Positions 43,148 to 53,113 of a DNA stretch of 64,000 nt are shown here, one piece after another. The notes beneath the pieces are model-generated. The model was not told the origin of the DNA. It worked only from the letters and a program-made list of their open reading frames with translations, and ran no database searches. Numbering within the stretch: position 1 is the stretch's first letter; each line of letters opens with the position of its first letter. The position numbers were made by a program, and so were the translations under genes. The DNA comes from an uncultured bacterium (GTDB lineage Bacteria; Chloroflexota; Ktedonobacteria; Ktedonobacterales; JADMIN01): positions 39,449-103,448 of the forward strand of contig CAVTFE010000059.1 of NCBI GenBank assembly GCA_963733745.1, given 5' to 3'.

Positions 43148-44578
43148 CTACTCTACGTTCGCCGTGACAGGCCGCTGCGTCGCCGTCTGCCCTGGCGCGG
43201 AGGCTGCCGGGCCGATCCAGACCGTCTGGACGTTGACGAACTCGCGGATGCCGACGAGCGATAGCTCGCGTCCGTAGCCACTGCGCTTCACTCCTCCAAA
43301 TGGCAGGCGTGGGTCGGAGGCCGTCATGCCGTTGATGAAGACGCCGCCGGACTCCAGCCGCCGCGCCAGCTCACGCGCACGGACGAGGTCGCGCGTCCAC
43401 AGGTTGCCGCCGAGGCCGAAGTCGAGTCGTTGGCCAGCTCGACGGCATGCTCGGCGTCGCGCGCGCGGATCACCGCCGCCGCCGGGCCAAACGTCTCCTC
43501 GCGGAAGACCGGCATCTCGTCCGTCACCTGCGTGAGAATCGTCGGCGTCGTAGAAATAGCCCTTGCCGCCAGGACCGGCGACCACTCCCCGCCGAGCGCG
43601 ACCTTCGCGCCCATCGCCACGGATTGACTGACCTGATCCGCCAGGGCCTCGCGCAAATCGCCGCGCGCCACCGGGCCGATCTGCGTCGCACGGTCCAGCG
43701 GGTCGCCCGATCTTCAGCTTCGCCGCTGCTTCGACGAACTTCTTCTCGAAGTCTTCGGCGACGCTCTCGACGACGATGAAGCGCTTGGCGGCGATGCAGC
43801 TCTGCCCCGTGTTCTGGAAGCGCGCCTTCACCGCCATCTGCGCCGCCGCGTCCAGATCGGCGTCCTCCAGCACGATGAAGGCGTCTGAGCCTCCTAGTTC
43901 CAGCACGGTCTTCTTGAGCGCATGTCCCGCCGCGCTGGCGACCGAAACGCCCGCCGCGTCGCTGCCAGTCAGCGTCACCGCTGCGATACGCCGGTCGGCG
44001 ATCAGCGCTTCCACCTCCGCGCCAGGCGCCACAACCGTGCGGAAAATGGTATCAGGCGCGCTATCGGCGAAGAGGCGCTCGATGTGCAGCGCGCAACGGG
44101 TCACATTCGAGGCGTGCTTGAGGACAACGGCGTTGCCCGCCATCAGCGCGGGAGCCGCCGCGCGGAGCGCCTGCCAGTAGGGAAAGTTCCACGGCATGAT
44201 CGCCAGCAGGACGCCCAATGGGCGATACGCGACGTAGCTCTCGGTCGCGGTAGAGGGCGCGGTCTCGTCTGCGAGGAAACGCTCCGCGCCCTCAGCGTAA
44301 TACTCGCAGACCCACGCGCATTTCTCGACCTCGGCCTCAGACTCAGTAATAGGCTTGCCCATCTCGCTCGTCGCGGCGCGCGCCAGCTCGTCCTTGCGCT
44401 CACGTAGCAGCGCCGCCACCTGGCGCAAAACGTCCGCGCGCTCGGCGAAGGAGCGGTCGCGCCAGCGTTTCTGCGCCGCGGCGACGGTCGTGAGAATCTC
44501 GTCGATCTGAGCGGCGCTATACGGCTCGAAGGTCTCGATGACCTCCTCGGTCGTGGGATTGATGGATTGTATCGTCAT
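43148..44578 (-). CDS. NAD(P)-dependent succinate-semialdehyde dehydrogenase (Sad/GabD1-like), frameshifted
   Basis: IMPWNFPYWQ, LKHAS, LELGGSD, GQSCIAAKR, EETFGP, PFGGVKRSGYGREL. Confidence 0.9.
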   Translation of the reverse strand: MTIQSINPTTEEVIETFEPYSAAQIDEILTTVAAAQKRWRDRSFAERADVLRQVAALLRERKDELARAATSEMGKPITESEAEVEKCAWVCEYYAEGAERFLADETAPSTATESYVAYRPLGVLLAIMPWNFPYWQALRAAAPALMAGNAVVLKHASNVTRCALHIERLFADSAPDTIFRTVVAPGAEVEALIADRRIAAVTLTGSDAAGVSVASAAGHALKKTVLELGGSDAFIVLEDADLDAAAQMAVKARFQNTGQSCIAAKRFIVVESVAEDFEKKFVEAAAKLKIGRPAGPCDADRPGGARRFARGPGGSGQSIRGDGREGRARRGVVAGPGGKGYFYDADDSHAGDGRDAGLPRGDVWPGGGGDPRARRRACRRAGQRLDFGLGGNLWTRDLVRARELARRLESGGVFINGMTASDPRLPFGGVKRSGYGRELSLVGIREFVNVQTVWIGPAASAPGQTATQRPVTANVE

Positions 44579-44620
44579 GGCGTTCCTCCTCGCGTGAGAC
44601 ATACTGGTGAACTGGTGTGA

Positions 44621-44731
44621 CCTCACCCCCCAGCCCCCTCTCCTCGTGGGAGAAGGGGTGGCAGAGGCGCGGCAATTTTCCCGGTGTGTGGTTCCCCCTT
44701 CCTTCTTAGGGAAGGGGGTCAGAGGGTTAGG
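44621..44731. repeat. REP-like/BoxC-like palindromic element
   Basis: CCTCACCCCCCAGCCCCCTCTCC..GGGAGAAGGGG and an inverted CCCCTTCC..GGGAAGGGGGTCAGAGGGTTAGG. Confidence 0.7.
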
Positions 44732-44878
44732 TCAAGGGTTGCGCCTCATTCTATCAGCCACAACTCAAAGCCGTTTTCGACAGGCTGGCCAAAAGACAAC
44801 GGTGAGTGTTGGTCAGGCCGTCCGTTTACGGTTCTACAGGTATACAGTAGAGTGCCAGATGGTCAAAGGAGGTCGAAG

Positions 44879-46270
44879 ATGACAAAGCACGGCGCACAGA
44901 ACGGCGCGAAGAAGAATGGCGCAAATGGCGCGCATCATACCCATAAGACAAAGACAGAGGCAATCCAAGCCGACCGCGAACGCTACCTGCCTCGCGGCGT
45001 CTATACCTATCATGACGTCTTCCCCGCCTCCGCGTCGGGCGCGCGCATCACCGACGTGGATGGCGCGACGTACCTCGACTTCGCCGGTGGCATCGGCGTG
45101 ATGAACGTCGGGCATAGTCATCCTGCCGTGGTCGCGGCGATCCAGGAACAGGCCGCGCTGTACACGCATACCTGCGCGCATGTCGTCACGCCACCACCCT
45201 ACATCGCGCTGGCCAAACGCCTCGCCGAGATCACGCCGGGCAAATACCCCAAGAAGACGCTGCTGGTGAACAGTGGCGCCGAGGCAGTGGAGAACGCGGT
45301 CAAGATCGCGCGCGCCGCGACTGGACGCACCGCCATCATCTCATTCGAGAACAGTTTCCATGGGCGCACGAATCTTGCGCTCTCACTGACCGGAAAGGTC
45401 CGCCCGTACCGGGCCAACTTCGGCCCCTTCGCCAACGACATTCACGCGATTCCCTATCCCTACTGCTACCAATGCGCGCATCACGACGACTCATGCTGCC
45501 GCGAGTGGGAAACGGCGCTGGAGCGCGCCTTCCTGACGCGCATCGCGCCGGAGCAGGTGGCAGCGGTGATCGTCGAGCCAGTGCAGGGCGAGGGTGGCTT
45601 CATCATCCCGCCAGCGGACTTCCTGCCGTCGCTGCGCGCGATCTGCTCGCGCCACGGCATCCTGCTGATCGCCGACGAGGTGCAGACCGGCTTCGGGCGC
45701 ACCGGACGCATGTTCGCCGTCGAGTATTACAGCGTCGAGCCGGACTTGATGCTGATCGCGAAGTCGCTCGCCGGTGGGATGCCGCTCGCGGCGGTCGTCG
45801 GCAAGGCCGAGATCATGGACGCGCCGTTGCCCGGTGGGCTGGGCGGCACCTATGGCGGCAATCCCGTCGCCTGCGCGGCGGCGCTCGCGGTGATCGAGGT
45901 CTTCGAGCGCGAGGGGCTGGTGGAGCGCGGGCAGCGGCTTGGCGACAAGGCGATTGAACGCATGCGCGAGTGGCAGCGTGAGTTCCCGCTGATCGGCGAT
46001 GTGCGTGGTCTGGGCGCGATGGTGGCGATGGAGCTGGTGAGCGACCGCGCGACTCGCAAGCCCGCCAGCGCCGAGGCCGCCGCGATGCTGAAAGAGGCGC
46101 GCGCGCGTGGGTTGCTGCTCATCAAGGCGGGCCTCTACGACAACGTGATCCGCCTGCTCATGCCGCTCGTCACGACCGACGAGGAAATGGCGCAAGCGCT
46201 GGACATCCTGCATGATTCGCTCGCGGCGGTGAGCGCCGCCTCGCCCGCCGAGTTGGCCGCCGCGCATTGA
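44879..46270 (+). CDS. gabT: 4-aminobutyrate--2-oxoglutarate transaminase
   Basis: DFAGGIGV, NSGAEAVENAVK, FHGRT, EPVQGEGG, DEVQTGFGRTG, AKSLAGG, GGTYGGNP. Confidence 0.92.
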   Translation: MTKHGAQNGAKKNGANGAHHTHKTKTEAIQADRERYLPRGVYTYHDVFPASASGARITDVDGATYLDFAGGIGVMNVGHSHPAVVAAIQEQAALYTHTCAHVVTPPPYIALAKRLAEITPGKYPKKTLLVNSGAEAVENAVKIARAATGRTAIISFENSFHGRTNLALSLTGKVRPYRANFGPFANDIHAIPYPYCYQCAHHDDSCCREWETALERAFLTRIAPEQVAAVIVEPVQGEGGFIIPPADFLPSLRAICSRHGILLIADEVQTGFGRTGRMFAVEYYSVEPDLMLIAKSLAGGMPLAAVVGKAEIMDAPLPGGLGGTYGGNPVACAAALAVIEVFEREGLVERGQRLGDKAIERMREWQREFPLIGDVRGLGAMVAMELVSDRATRKPASAEAAAMLKEARARGLLLIKAGLYDNVIRLLMPLVTTDEEMAQALDILHDSLAAVSAASPAELAAAH

Positions 46271-46382
46271 GGCGCCTCCTCCTTGCGCGCGACGAGCGAA
46301 GCATGATACGCTGACGCTCAATATAGGCCATACTGTACAAATCGGATGCGGTGGCCTGACGGAGAAGTGGCGGAGGCGCGTC

Positions 46383-48020
46383 ATGCTCACAGTGCGGCAG
46401 TTGCTCGCGCTGGACCTCTTCGCGCAGAGCCGCCTCGTGGCCGGCGAGGGTGGACTTGACCGGCAGATCCACTGGGCGCATGTCGTGGACATCCCGCAGG
46501 CGCACGATTGGGTGCGGCGCGGCGAGTTGCTGCTGACGACCTTCTACGTCCTGCGCGACGACGAGGAAGCTCAGGCGGCGCTCTGCGCACAGCTGGCGGC
46601 GATGGGCCTCGCGGGGATGGTCGTGGCCACCGGCAAGTATGTCGATCACGTGCCGGATGCTGTGCTGGCGGTGGCGAACGCCGCGAATTTCCCGATTATC
46701 GAGCTGCCATGGGAGATACCATTCGAGGATGTGGTACGCGCCGTCTCCGAGCACAGCATCAACGACCAGTTCCAGCTTTTCAAGCAGTCGCTGGCGATCC
46801 ACCGCTCGCTGACGCGCGTCGTCCTCAATGGCGGCTCGCTCAAAGATGTCGCGCGCGAGTTGTGCTCCCTGCTGGCGCGGCCGGTCGAGATTGACGACCT
46901 CTCCTTCGGCGTGCTGGCAGAGGCGGCGCAGACCGGCGCGGAGCTGGACGATGTACGCCGCGCGGCGATCCGCGACGGGCGCAATCCGCCGCAACTGCTC
47001 GCCTGGCTGCGCGCGTCGGGCATCCTGCGCCGCGTCTCGGCCACAATGGCGCCGGAGCGGCTGGACGTGACGCCGGAAGGGCAAGCGCTGGGCATGACGA
47101 TGGCGCGCATCCTCGCTCCCATCGTCGTCGCGCGGCGTATCTACGGCTACGTCTGGATCATCGCAGGCGACCGCGAGCTAGAGCCGCTGGACGCTCACGC
47201 CATCGAGCATGCCGCCACCGTCGCCGCGCTGATTCTCTTCCGCGAGAAGACGGCCCACGCCGCCGACGAGCGCGCCGAGCGCAACCTGCTCAACCGGCTG
47301 CTCGAAGAGGGCGTCGCGCAGGAGAGCGGACTACGCGAGCAGATGGCGCGCTTCCGCCTGCGCCCGGACGCCCCCCATGCGGTGATCGCACTCGACCCCG
47401 GCGCGAACGACCTGCGCGTCGTCGAGTTGGTGGCGCGCAACGCGGCCCGCTACAAAGGGCTGAATACGGCGCTCGGCGAGCGAGCGGATCGCTGCATCGT
47501 GATCCTGGAGGCGGCGCGGCAGGAGCAGGTACAAACCTATTGCCAGCACCTCCTGGCGCAGGCGGGGACTCTGGACGACTCGCTACGCATCGGCGCGAGC
47601 GGGCTGGAGGGCGACATACGGCTGCTGCACCGCGCCTATGAACGGGCAATCGAGGCGCTGGAGGCCCTGCCCGCGCTTGGTGATGACCGTCGCATGGCCT
47701 CGTTCGAGGAGTTGGGACTGCTGCACTGGCTGCGCGCGCTGCCACAGGAATTGCTCAACGAGAATATCTATATTCAGCGGTTGCAACGACTGGCCGAGCA
47801 CGACCGGACGCACGGCAGCCAGCTCACCCAGACGCTCGAAACCTTCCTGGAGAACGACGGCAATGGCGTGCAGACCGCGCAGCAGCTCTACATCCACCGC
47901 CACACGCTCAAATACCGCCTCCAGCGTATCTACGATATCAGCGACCTCGATCTCGACGACTCGCTCTGCAAGCTCAACCTGCGTGCGGCGCTGCTGCTCT
48001 CGCGCATGCGCGCTCGCTAG
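46383..48020 (+). CDS. PucR-family transcriptional regulator
   Basis: N-terminal LVAGEGGLDRQIHWAHVVD...GELLLTT; C-terminal HTH LYIHRHTLKYRL. Confidence 0.93.
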   Translation: MLTVRQLLALDLFAQSRLVAGEGGLDRQIHWAHVVDIPQAHDWVRRGELLLTTFYVLRDDEEAQAALCAQLAAMGLAGMVVATGKYVDHVPDAVLAVANAANFPIIELPWEIPFEDVVRAVSEHSINDQFQLFKQSLAIHRSLTRVVLNGGSLKDVARELCSLLARPVEIDDLSFGVLAEAAQTGAELDDVRRAAIRDGRNPPQLLAWLRASGILRRVSATMAPERLDVTPEGQALGMTMARILAPIVVARRIYGYVWIIAGDRELEPLDAHAIEHAATVAALILFREKTAHAADERAERNLLNRLLEEGVAQESGLREQMARFRLRPDAPHAVIALDPGANDLRVVELVARNAARYKGLNTALGERADRCIVILEAARQEQVQTYCQHLLAQAGTLDDSLRIGASGLEGDIRLLHRAYERAIEALEALPALGDDRRMASFEELGLLHWLRALPQELLNENIYIQRLQRLAEHDRTHGSQLTQTLETFLENDGNGVQTAQQLYIHRHTLKYRLQRIYDISDLDLDDSLCKLNLRAALLLSRMRAR

Positions 48021-48172
48021 CCGGAGCGGATCGAGCTTATCCACTGTGGCGTATGGAGGATGGACAGTCTGAGCATGGCGCGCGCTTGAGTGAGAAGCGC
48101 CGCTGCTTCTATACTGATGGCGCTGGGAATCAGACACAACGACCATTGAGACCGACGTAAAGGAGCGCGCAG

Positions 48173-49681
48173 ATGGCGGTCAAGACGCAGAAGCAACAGA
48201 AGATGCTCGTGGATGGCAAGCTGGTAGCGCCAACCGCTGGCGCGGAGCGGACGCTGGTGAACCCGGCGACGGGCAAACCGGCGGATGTCGTGCCGGAGGG
48301 CAGTGCGAAGGACGTGGAGCTGGCCGTCGCTGCCGCCAAGGCCGCCTTCGAGGATGGCCGCTGGTCGCGCATTGGGCCAAGCGCGCGCGCCGCCGCGCTC
48401 TACAAGCTGGCCGACCTGCTGGAAGAGCATCTGGACGAACTGGCCGCGCTGGAGTCGCGCAACGTCGGCAAGCCGATCAAGCTGGCGCATGACAGCGATC
48501 TGCCCTTCACAGTGGACAACCTGCGCTTCTTCGCCGGGGCCGCTCGCACGCTGGATGGGCGTGCTTCGACCGAGTATGTGCCTGGCTATTCGAGCATCGT
48601 GCGCCGCGAGCCAATCGGCGTCTGCGGCCAGCTTGCGCCATGGAACTATCCGCTGATGATGGCGATTTGGAAGATCGGCCCCGCGCTCGCCGCCGGCAAC
48701 ACCGTCGTCCTCAAGCCAGCGCCGGAGACGCCGCTCACCGCGCTGATGCTAGGCGAATTGGCGCTGGAGGCTGGCATCCCCGACGGTGTGCTGAACATCG
48801 TGACTGGCGGCGATGCGGTCGGCGTGGCGCTCGTCGCGCATCCCGATGTGCGCCTGATCTCGCTCACCGGCGCCAGCGAGACCGGCAAGGCGGTAATGCG
48901 CGCGGCGGCTGGCACGCTCAAGCGTGTCCACATGGAGCTTGGCGGCAAGGCGCCCTTCATCGTCTTCGACGACGCCGACATCGAGGCGGCGGCGCAGGGA
49001 GCCGTCTGCGCGGGCTTCGTCAACACCGGGCAGGACTGCACGGCGGGTACCCGCATGTACGTCCATGAGTCGCGCTTCAAGGACTTCACGGATCGCTTCC
49101 TGGAGTTGGTGGGGCAGATTCGCGTCGGCGATCCCGCCTCGCAGCAGACGGATATGGGGCCGCTGGTCTCAGCGGCGCAACTGGAACGGGTCGAGAAGCT
49201 GGTCTCCACTGTCGGCCCGAAGGGCAAGTTCCTCACAGGTGGCGAGCGCGCCAAGGTAAAGGGCATGGAGGATGGCTACTTCTTCCAGCCGACGGTCATT
49301 ACCGACGTTCCCGACACGGCGAAGGTCGTCACCGACGAGATCTTTGGCCCGGCGGTCGTCGTCCTGCCCTTCAAGGACGAGGCCGAGGTCATCGCGCGCG
49401 CCAACGCCGTACGCTACGGGCTGGCTGGCTCGGTCTGGACGACGAATGTGCAGCGCGCCATGAGGATGAGCGCAGCACTGGAGTTCGGCACAGTCTGGGT
49501 GAACGATCACCTGCCGATCACTGCCGAGATGCCTCACGGCGGCTTCAAGGAGAGCGGCTTCGGCAAAGACATGTCGCTCTACGCGCTCGACGACTACAGC
49601 CAGATCAAGCATGTGATGCTGGAGACCGAGGGCGCGCAACGCAAAGGGTGGCACTACACCATCTTCGGCGATCCCGACTGA
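48173..49681 (+). CDS. Gamma-aminobutyraldehyde dehydrogenase (PatD/Prr-like)
   Basis: PWNYPLMMAIWKIGPALAAGN, ELGGKAP, GQDCTA, AEMPHGGFK.SG.GKD.S. Confidence 0.88.
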   Translation: MAVKTQKQQKMLVDGKLVAPTAGAERTLVNPATGKPADVVPEGSAKDVELAVAAAKAAFEDGRWSRIGPSARAAALYKLADLLEEHLDELAALESRNVGKPIKLAHDSDLPFTVDNLRFFAGAARTLDGRASTEYVPGYSSIVRREPIGVCGQLAPWNYPLMMAIWKIGPALAAGNTVVLKPAPETPLTALMLGELALEAGIPDGVLNIVTGGDAVGVALVAHPDVRLISLTGASETGKAVMRAAAGTLKRVHMELGGKAPFIVFDDADIEAAAQGAVCAGFVNTGQDCTAGTRMYVHESRFKDFTDRFLELVGQIRVGDPASQQTDMGPLVSAAQLERVEKLVSTVGPKGKFLTGGERAKVKGMEDGYFFQPTVITDVPDTAKVVTDEIFGPAVVVLPFKDEAEVIARANAVRYGLAGSVWTTNVQRAMRMSAALEFGTVWVNDHLPITAEMPHGGFKESGFGKDMSLYALDDYSQIKHVMLETEGAQRKGWHYTIFGDPD

Positions 49682-49710
49682 GCAATTGGGCCTGTACTCG
49701 CTCGTAACCT

Positions 49711-49745
49711 CTGCGCTCCATATGACCTGTGGAGCGCAGTTGTTT
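49711..49745 (+). terminator. Intrinsic terminator
   Basis: CTGCGCTCCA...TGGAGCGCAG followed by TTGTTT. Confidence 0.7.
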
Positions 49746-49846
49746 GCGCGCAGTCTGGCGACGCAAAACGCTGTACCCGGCGCGCTCTTGCTATAATGAC
49801 TGAAAATGTACTGCCAGGTAGCGTCTCACGCAGCGCCGCGTGAGGA

Positions 49847-51847
49847 GTGATGTTGATGGATGTTCGTCATCTGCAAGGAGGGTCCGCCTCCACGTCGGGG
49901 GATGACACGCTGAGCGCGCTCACAACGCGCCAGCAGTTGGTGATGAACGTTCTGTGGTTCGCACAAAACTTCCAATCCGCCGCGCTGCTGCCCATCGTCA
50001 TTCCGGTGCAGATCGCGCTGTGGATCACGCCCGGCCAGATCGGAACCGCTCCGCAGGCCGCCGCGCTCGGCTGGATCTCTACGATCGGCGCGTTCATCGC
50101 GCTCTTCGCGCCGCCCATCGTCGGCGCGCTCTCTGACCGCACGACCAGCCCCTGGGGACGCCGCCGGCCCTGGATCGCGCTGGGCGTGGCGCTGCTGCTC
50201 GTCGGAACATGGCTGCTCGCCATCCCCAACGGCCTCGTCGCGCTGATTGTCGGTTTGCTGATCTTCCAGCTCGGCGGCAACACGGCGACCGCGGGCTATC
50301 AGGGCCTGATGCCCGACCTCGTGCCACAGGAACAGCGCGGCGCGTCATCTGGTTATCTCGGCATTATGACGATTCTGGGCAACGCGGGCGGCCTCGCGCT
50401 CGCGGCCTATCTGCTGGGCGATGTCGGCGCGACGACTCCACGCGACACGATCACACACGGCCTGTCCCTCTTCTATGCGCTCACCGGCGTCGTCCTCGTC
50501 ATCGGCGCGGGGATTACGCTGCTGGGCGTCCACGAGCGGCCGCTCGCGCCTGGCTCGCTCCCGGAGCCATCAACCCGGCTGCGGGAGCGCCTTGCTGGCT
50601 GGCTCACACCCTGGCGCATGCGCGGCTTCCGCTGGGTCTTTCTGACACGCAGCGCGGTGATGATGGGCCTGAGCCTCTTCATGACCTTCATCGCCTACTA
50701 CTTCGCCAACGTCGCGCATATTTCCAATTTTGTGGAAGCGACGGCCGTGCTGGCGATCCTCGCGCTGATTGGGGCTGCTGGCAGCGCGCTGACACTTGGG
50801 TTGGCCTCTGACCGCATTGGACGCGTCCCCCTGGTCTGCGGCGCGACGGTCTGCATGGCGACCGCGGCGGCTTCGTTCGTGATCCTGCCACAGGGGACAC
50901 CGCTCTGGCCACTGGGCCTGCTCTTCGGCGTCGGCTACGGGGCCTACACCAGCGTGGACTGGGCGCTCGCGGTCGATGTCTTGCCCTCGCCCGAGGCGGC
51001 TGGCCGCGACATGGGAATATGGAGCATCGCCACGTCAGCGCCGGCGATCCTGGCGCCGCTGGTCGGGGGCCTGGTCATCAGCGCTGCGGGTACGCTGGGC
51101 GATACGACGACTGGCTATCGGGTCGTATTTGGCCTCGCGGTCGTCTTCCTGCTGGCAGGCGCGTTCTTTATCCTGCGCGTGCGCGACCAATTCGCACGGG
51201 CGCCCAGCGCGCCCGTCGAGCGCAAGCATCCCGGATTTGGCTGGCGGTTGGCGCGCAGATCTGGTGGTGGGAAGGCGCGCGGCTTCCTGCGCTTCTGGCC
51301 GGTCTGGGAGCGCATCTGGCTCACGCTCTTCCCCGTACGATCCATCCCCGGCGCGCCACACGATTTGCTGCATGTGCGCTTCAGAATCTATCGTGGTAAG
51401 CCGCTCACCTTGCCGGGTGGTGTCGAGATCAGGAAGGGCGCGCGCCTCTGCGAGCTGCATTTCAACAACGCGATCATGGGTCGTCTCGCAGCCGAGACAA
51501 CCACGTGGGCGCTGATGCGCGTGCTGCGCGAGGACTTCGCGGCGCTGGCGCGCTGGTCTCGCCAGCCGGACTTCCCTGATGGGATACAGGCGCTCTTTGG
51601 CTACACGCTGCTCAACGAGCCGGCGCCGCGGCTCGGCTTCACGGTGCGCGAGCGCCCGCACACGCTTATCACCTGGCTCGACCGCTTGTTCATGACGGGG
51701 CTGCTAGCGTTGTATAACCCGCATGGCCGCGCACGGCTGGAGCAAGGAGATACCTACGGCGCGTATCCGGCGGAGGTCTGGATGCCGGTGGGCGAGTTGC
51801 GGCGACGTTTCGATCCGGCTAGCTCACCACCATCCGGTGCGACGTGA
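49847..51847 (+). CDS. MFS transporter fused to a C-terminal YkoP-like domain
   Basis: About 12 TM with SDRTTSPWGRRRPW and SDRIGR; C-terminal YRGKPLTLPGGVEIRKG..ELHFNN...LGF..E.W. Confidence 0.85.
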   Translation: MMLMDVRHLQGGSASTSGDDTLSALTTRQQLVMNVLWFAQNFQSAALLPIVIPVQIALWITPGQIGTAPQAAALGWISTIGAFIALFAPPIVGALSDRTTSPWGRRRPWIALGVALLLVGTWLLAIPNGLVALIVGLLIFQLGGNTATAGYQGLMPDLVPQEQRGASSGYLGIMTILGNAGGLALAAYLLGDVGATTPRDTITHGLSLFYALTGVVLVIGAGITLLGVHERPLAPGSLPEPSTRLRERLAGWLTPWRMRGFRWVFLTRSAVMMGLSLFMTFIAYYFANVAHISNFVEATAVLAILALIGAAGSALTLGLASDRIGRVPLVCGATVCMATAAASFVILPQGTPLWPLGLLFGVGYGAYTSVDWALAVDVLPSPEAAGRDMGIWSIATSAPAILAPLVGGLVISAAGTLGDTTTGYRVVFGLAVVFLLAGAFFILRVRDQFARAPSAPVERKHPGFGWRLARRSGGGKARGFLRFWPVWERIWLTLFPVRSIPGAPHDLLHVRFRIYRGKPLTLPGGVEIRKGARLCELHFNNAIMGRLAAETTTWALMRVLREDFAALARWSRQPDFPDGIQALFGYTLLNEPAPRLGFTVRERPHTLITWLDRLFMTGLLALYNPHGRARLEQGDTYGAYPAEVWMPVGELRRRFDPASSPPSGAT

Positions 51848-51961
51848 CGCGTCTGTAGCGCCGTGGCGCCTCACTGTGTCGCAGGTGTGATGCGCCGCGC
51901 ATACGCTTTCTGCACAGAGGCGCGAGGAGCAACCCTCTGAATAGAAAGCGAGTGGAAGACC

Positions 51962-52342
51962 ATGACGACATTCATCCCAGACACACCTGATACCGCCTCC
52001 CCCACGATGAACGGCAAACCAGAGACCCTGATTGCGGAGACGCCAACCATCATCGAGCTTGGCGACGCCACAAAAGAGCGCACGCCGCTCCTAGATCGTC
52101 TGCCGCAGCGCTGGGGGTTGATCGCCGGACTGATAGGCGCATCCATCGCATTGGCAACCACAGTGACGGTGGTGACGAACGTTATTGTGCGGCGGCGTGC
52201 AGAGACCAGTCGGATAGTTGGCTTCCGGCCTGTCCGTCGCTACGGCATGCGCCGTGTAAAGACGCCACGTGGCGGCGCGGCATGGGTAGCCTATCTCTAT
52301 CGCACACCTGACCTGCGCATGCGACTGCCAATCCATAAATGA
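51962..52342 (+). CDS. Small single-TM hypothetical protein
   Basis: One hydrophobic helix, basic C-terminus, followed by a terminator. Confidence 0.6.
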   Translation: MTTFIPDTPDTASPTMNGKPETLIAETPTIIELGDATKERTPLLDRLPQRWGLIAGLIGASIALATTVTVVTNVIVRRRAETSRIVGFRPVRRYGMRRVKTPRGGAAWVAYLYRTPDLRMRLPIHK

Positions 52343-52388
52343 CGCCCAAAGCGCTGATCCAATAGCGACATTGGTCGCCTGCCCAATG

Positions 52389-52415
52389 GCCCTCTCCTGT
52401 ATAGGAGAGGGCTTT
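52389..52415 (+). terminator. Intrinsic terminator between convergent genes
   Basis: GCCCTCTCCT-GTAT-AGGAGAGGGC-TTT. Confidence 0.65.
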
Positions 52416-52464
52416 CGCCGTTGATCAGCGGAGCGCGCTTTTCCAGGCTGGATATAGGCTCACT

Positions 52465-53013
52465 TCAGGAGACTGCGGGAGGCGTATTGCGTGCGCGCCG
52501 GAGCCGCAGTAGTGTGCTCCCGTCAGTAAAGCCTAGCGGCAGGAATGCGCCAAGCGTGAAGATCAGGAAATTGTCGAGAACAGCGAAGACCGCGATCCAG
52601 GTGTAGGGACCGCCTGCGGAACTCATAAGCCACGCGATCACCCCAGCGACGATGGTAACGATCAAGCTCATGACCGGCCCGCCAAGCGCGCGGCGCACAT
52701 GGGTCCTGGCGGGCAACTCCGGCTCGTCGAGGGGATAGAGGCCAGAGCTGAGGAGAAACCAGAGGCGCAAGCCCGACATCGGGTAGCCGGTCGAGCGCGC
52801 GGCGATGGCATGTCCGGCCTGATGCAGCAGGTCCGAGAGCCAGTGCAGCAGGACGATAATCAGCCCTTGGACGATGCCAGCGGCGACCGACGCATGGAAG
52901 AAGGCGGTGGCGACCTCGGTGGCTACGGCCCACAGCGCGATTGAGGCGATGATCGCCGAGGGCCGCGCGGTGATCTTCACGCCGTAGATGGTTCCCAGCC
53001 GGTACGCCGACAC
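52465..53013 (-). CDS. Site-2 protease (M50)-like membrane protein
   Basis: LLHQAGH, ALGGP, FLPLGFTDG. Confidence 0.75.
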   Translation of the reverse strand: MSAYRLGTIYGVKITARPSAIIASIALWAVATEVATAFFHASVAAGIVQGLIIVLLHWLSDLLHQAGHAIAARSTGYPMSGLRLWFLLSSGLYPLDEPELPARTHVRRALGGPVMSLIVTIVAGVIAWLMSSAGGPYTWIAVFAVLDNFLIFTLGAFLPLGFTDGSTLLRLRRARNTPPAVS

Positions 53014-53113
53014 GACACGCCTCCTCCGTCATGCGCGGCTCACGCGCATGGAGGCATCGTAGCAGAGGCGCGTCCCGCCTGCAATGAGACCCAGCACGAA
53101 GTGGTCTTCCAGC

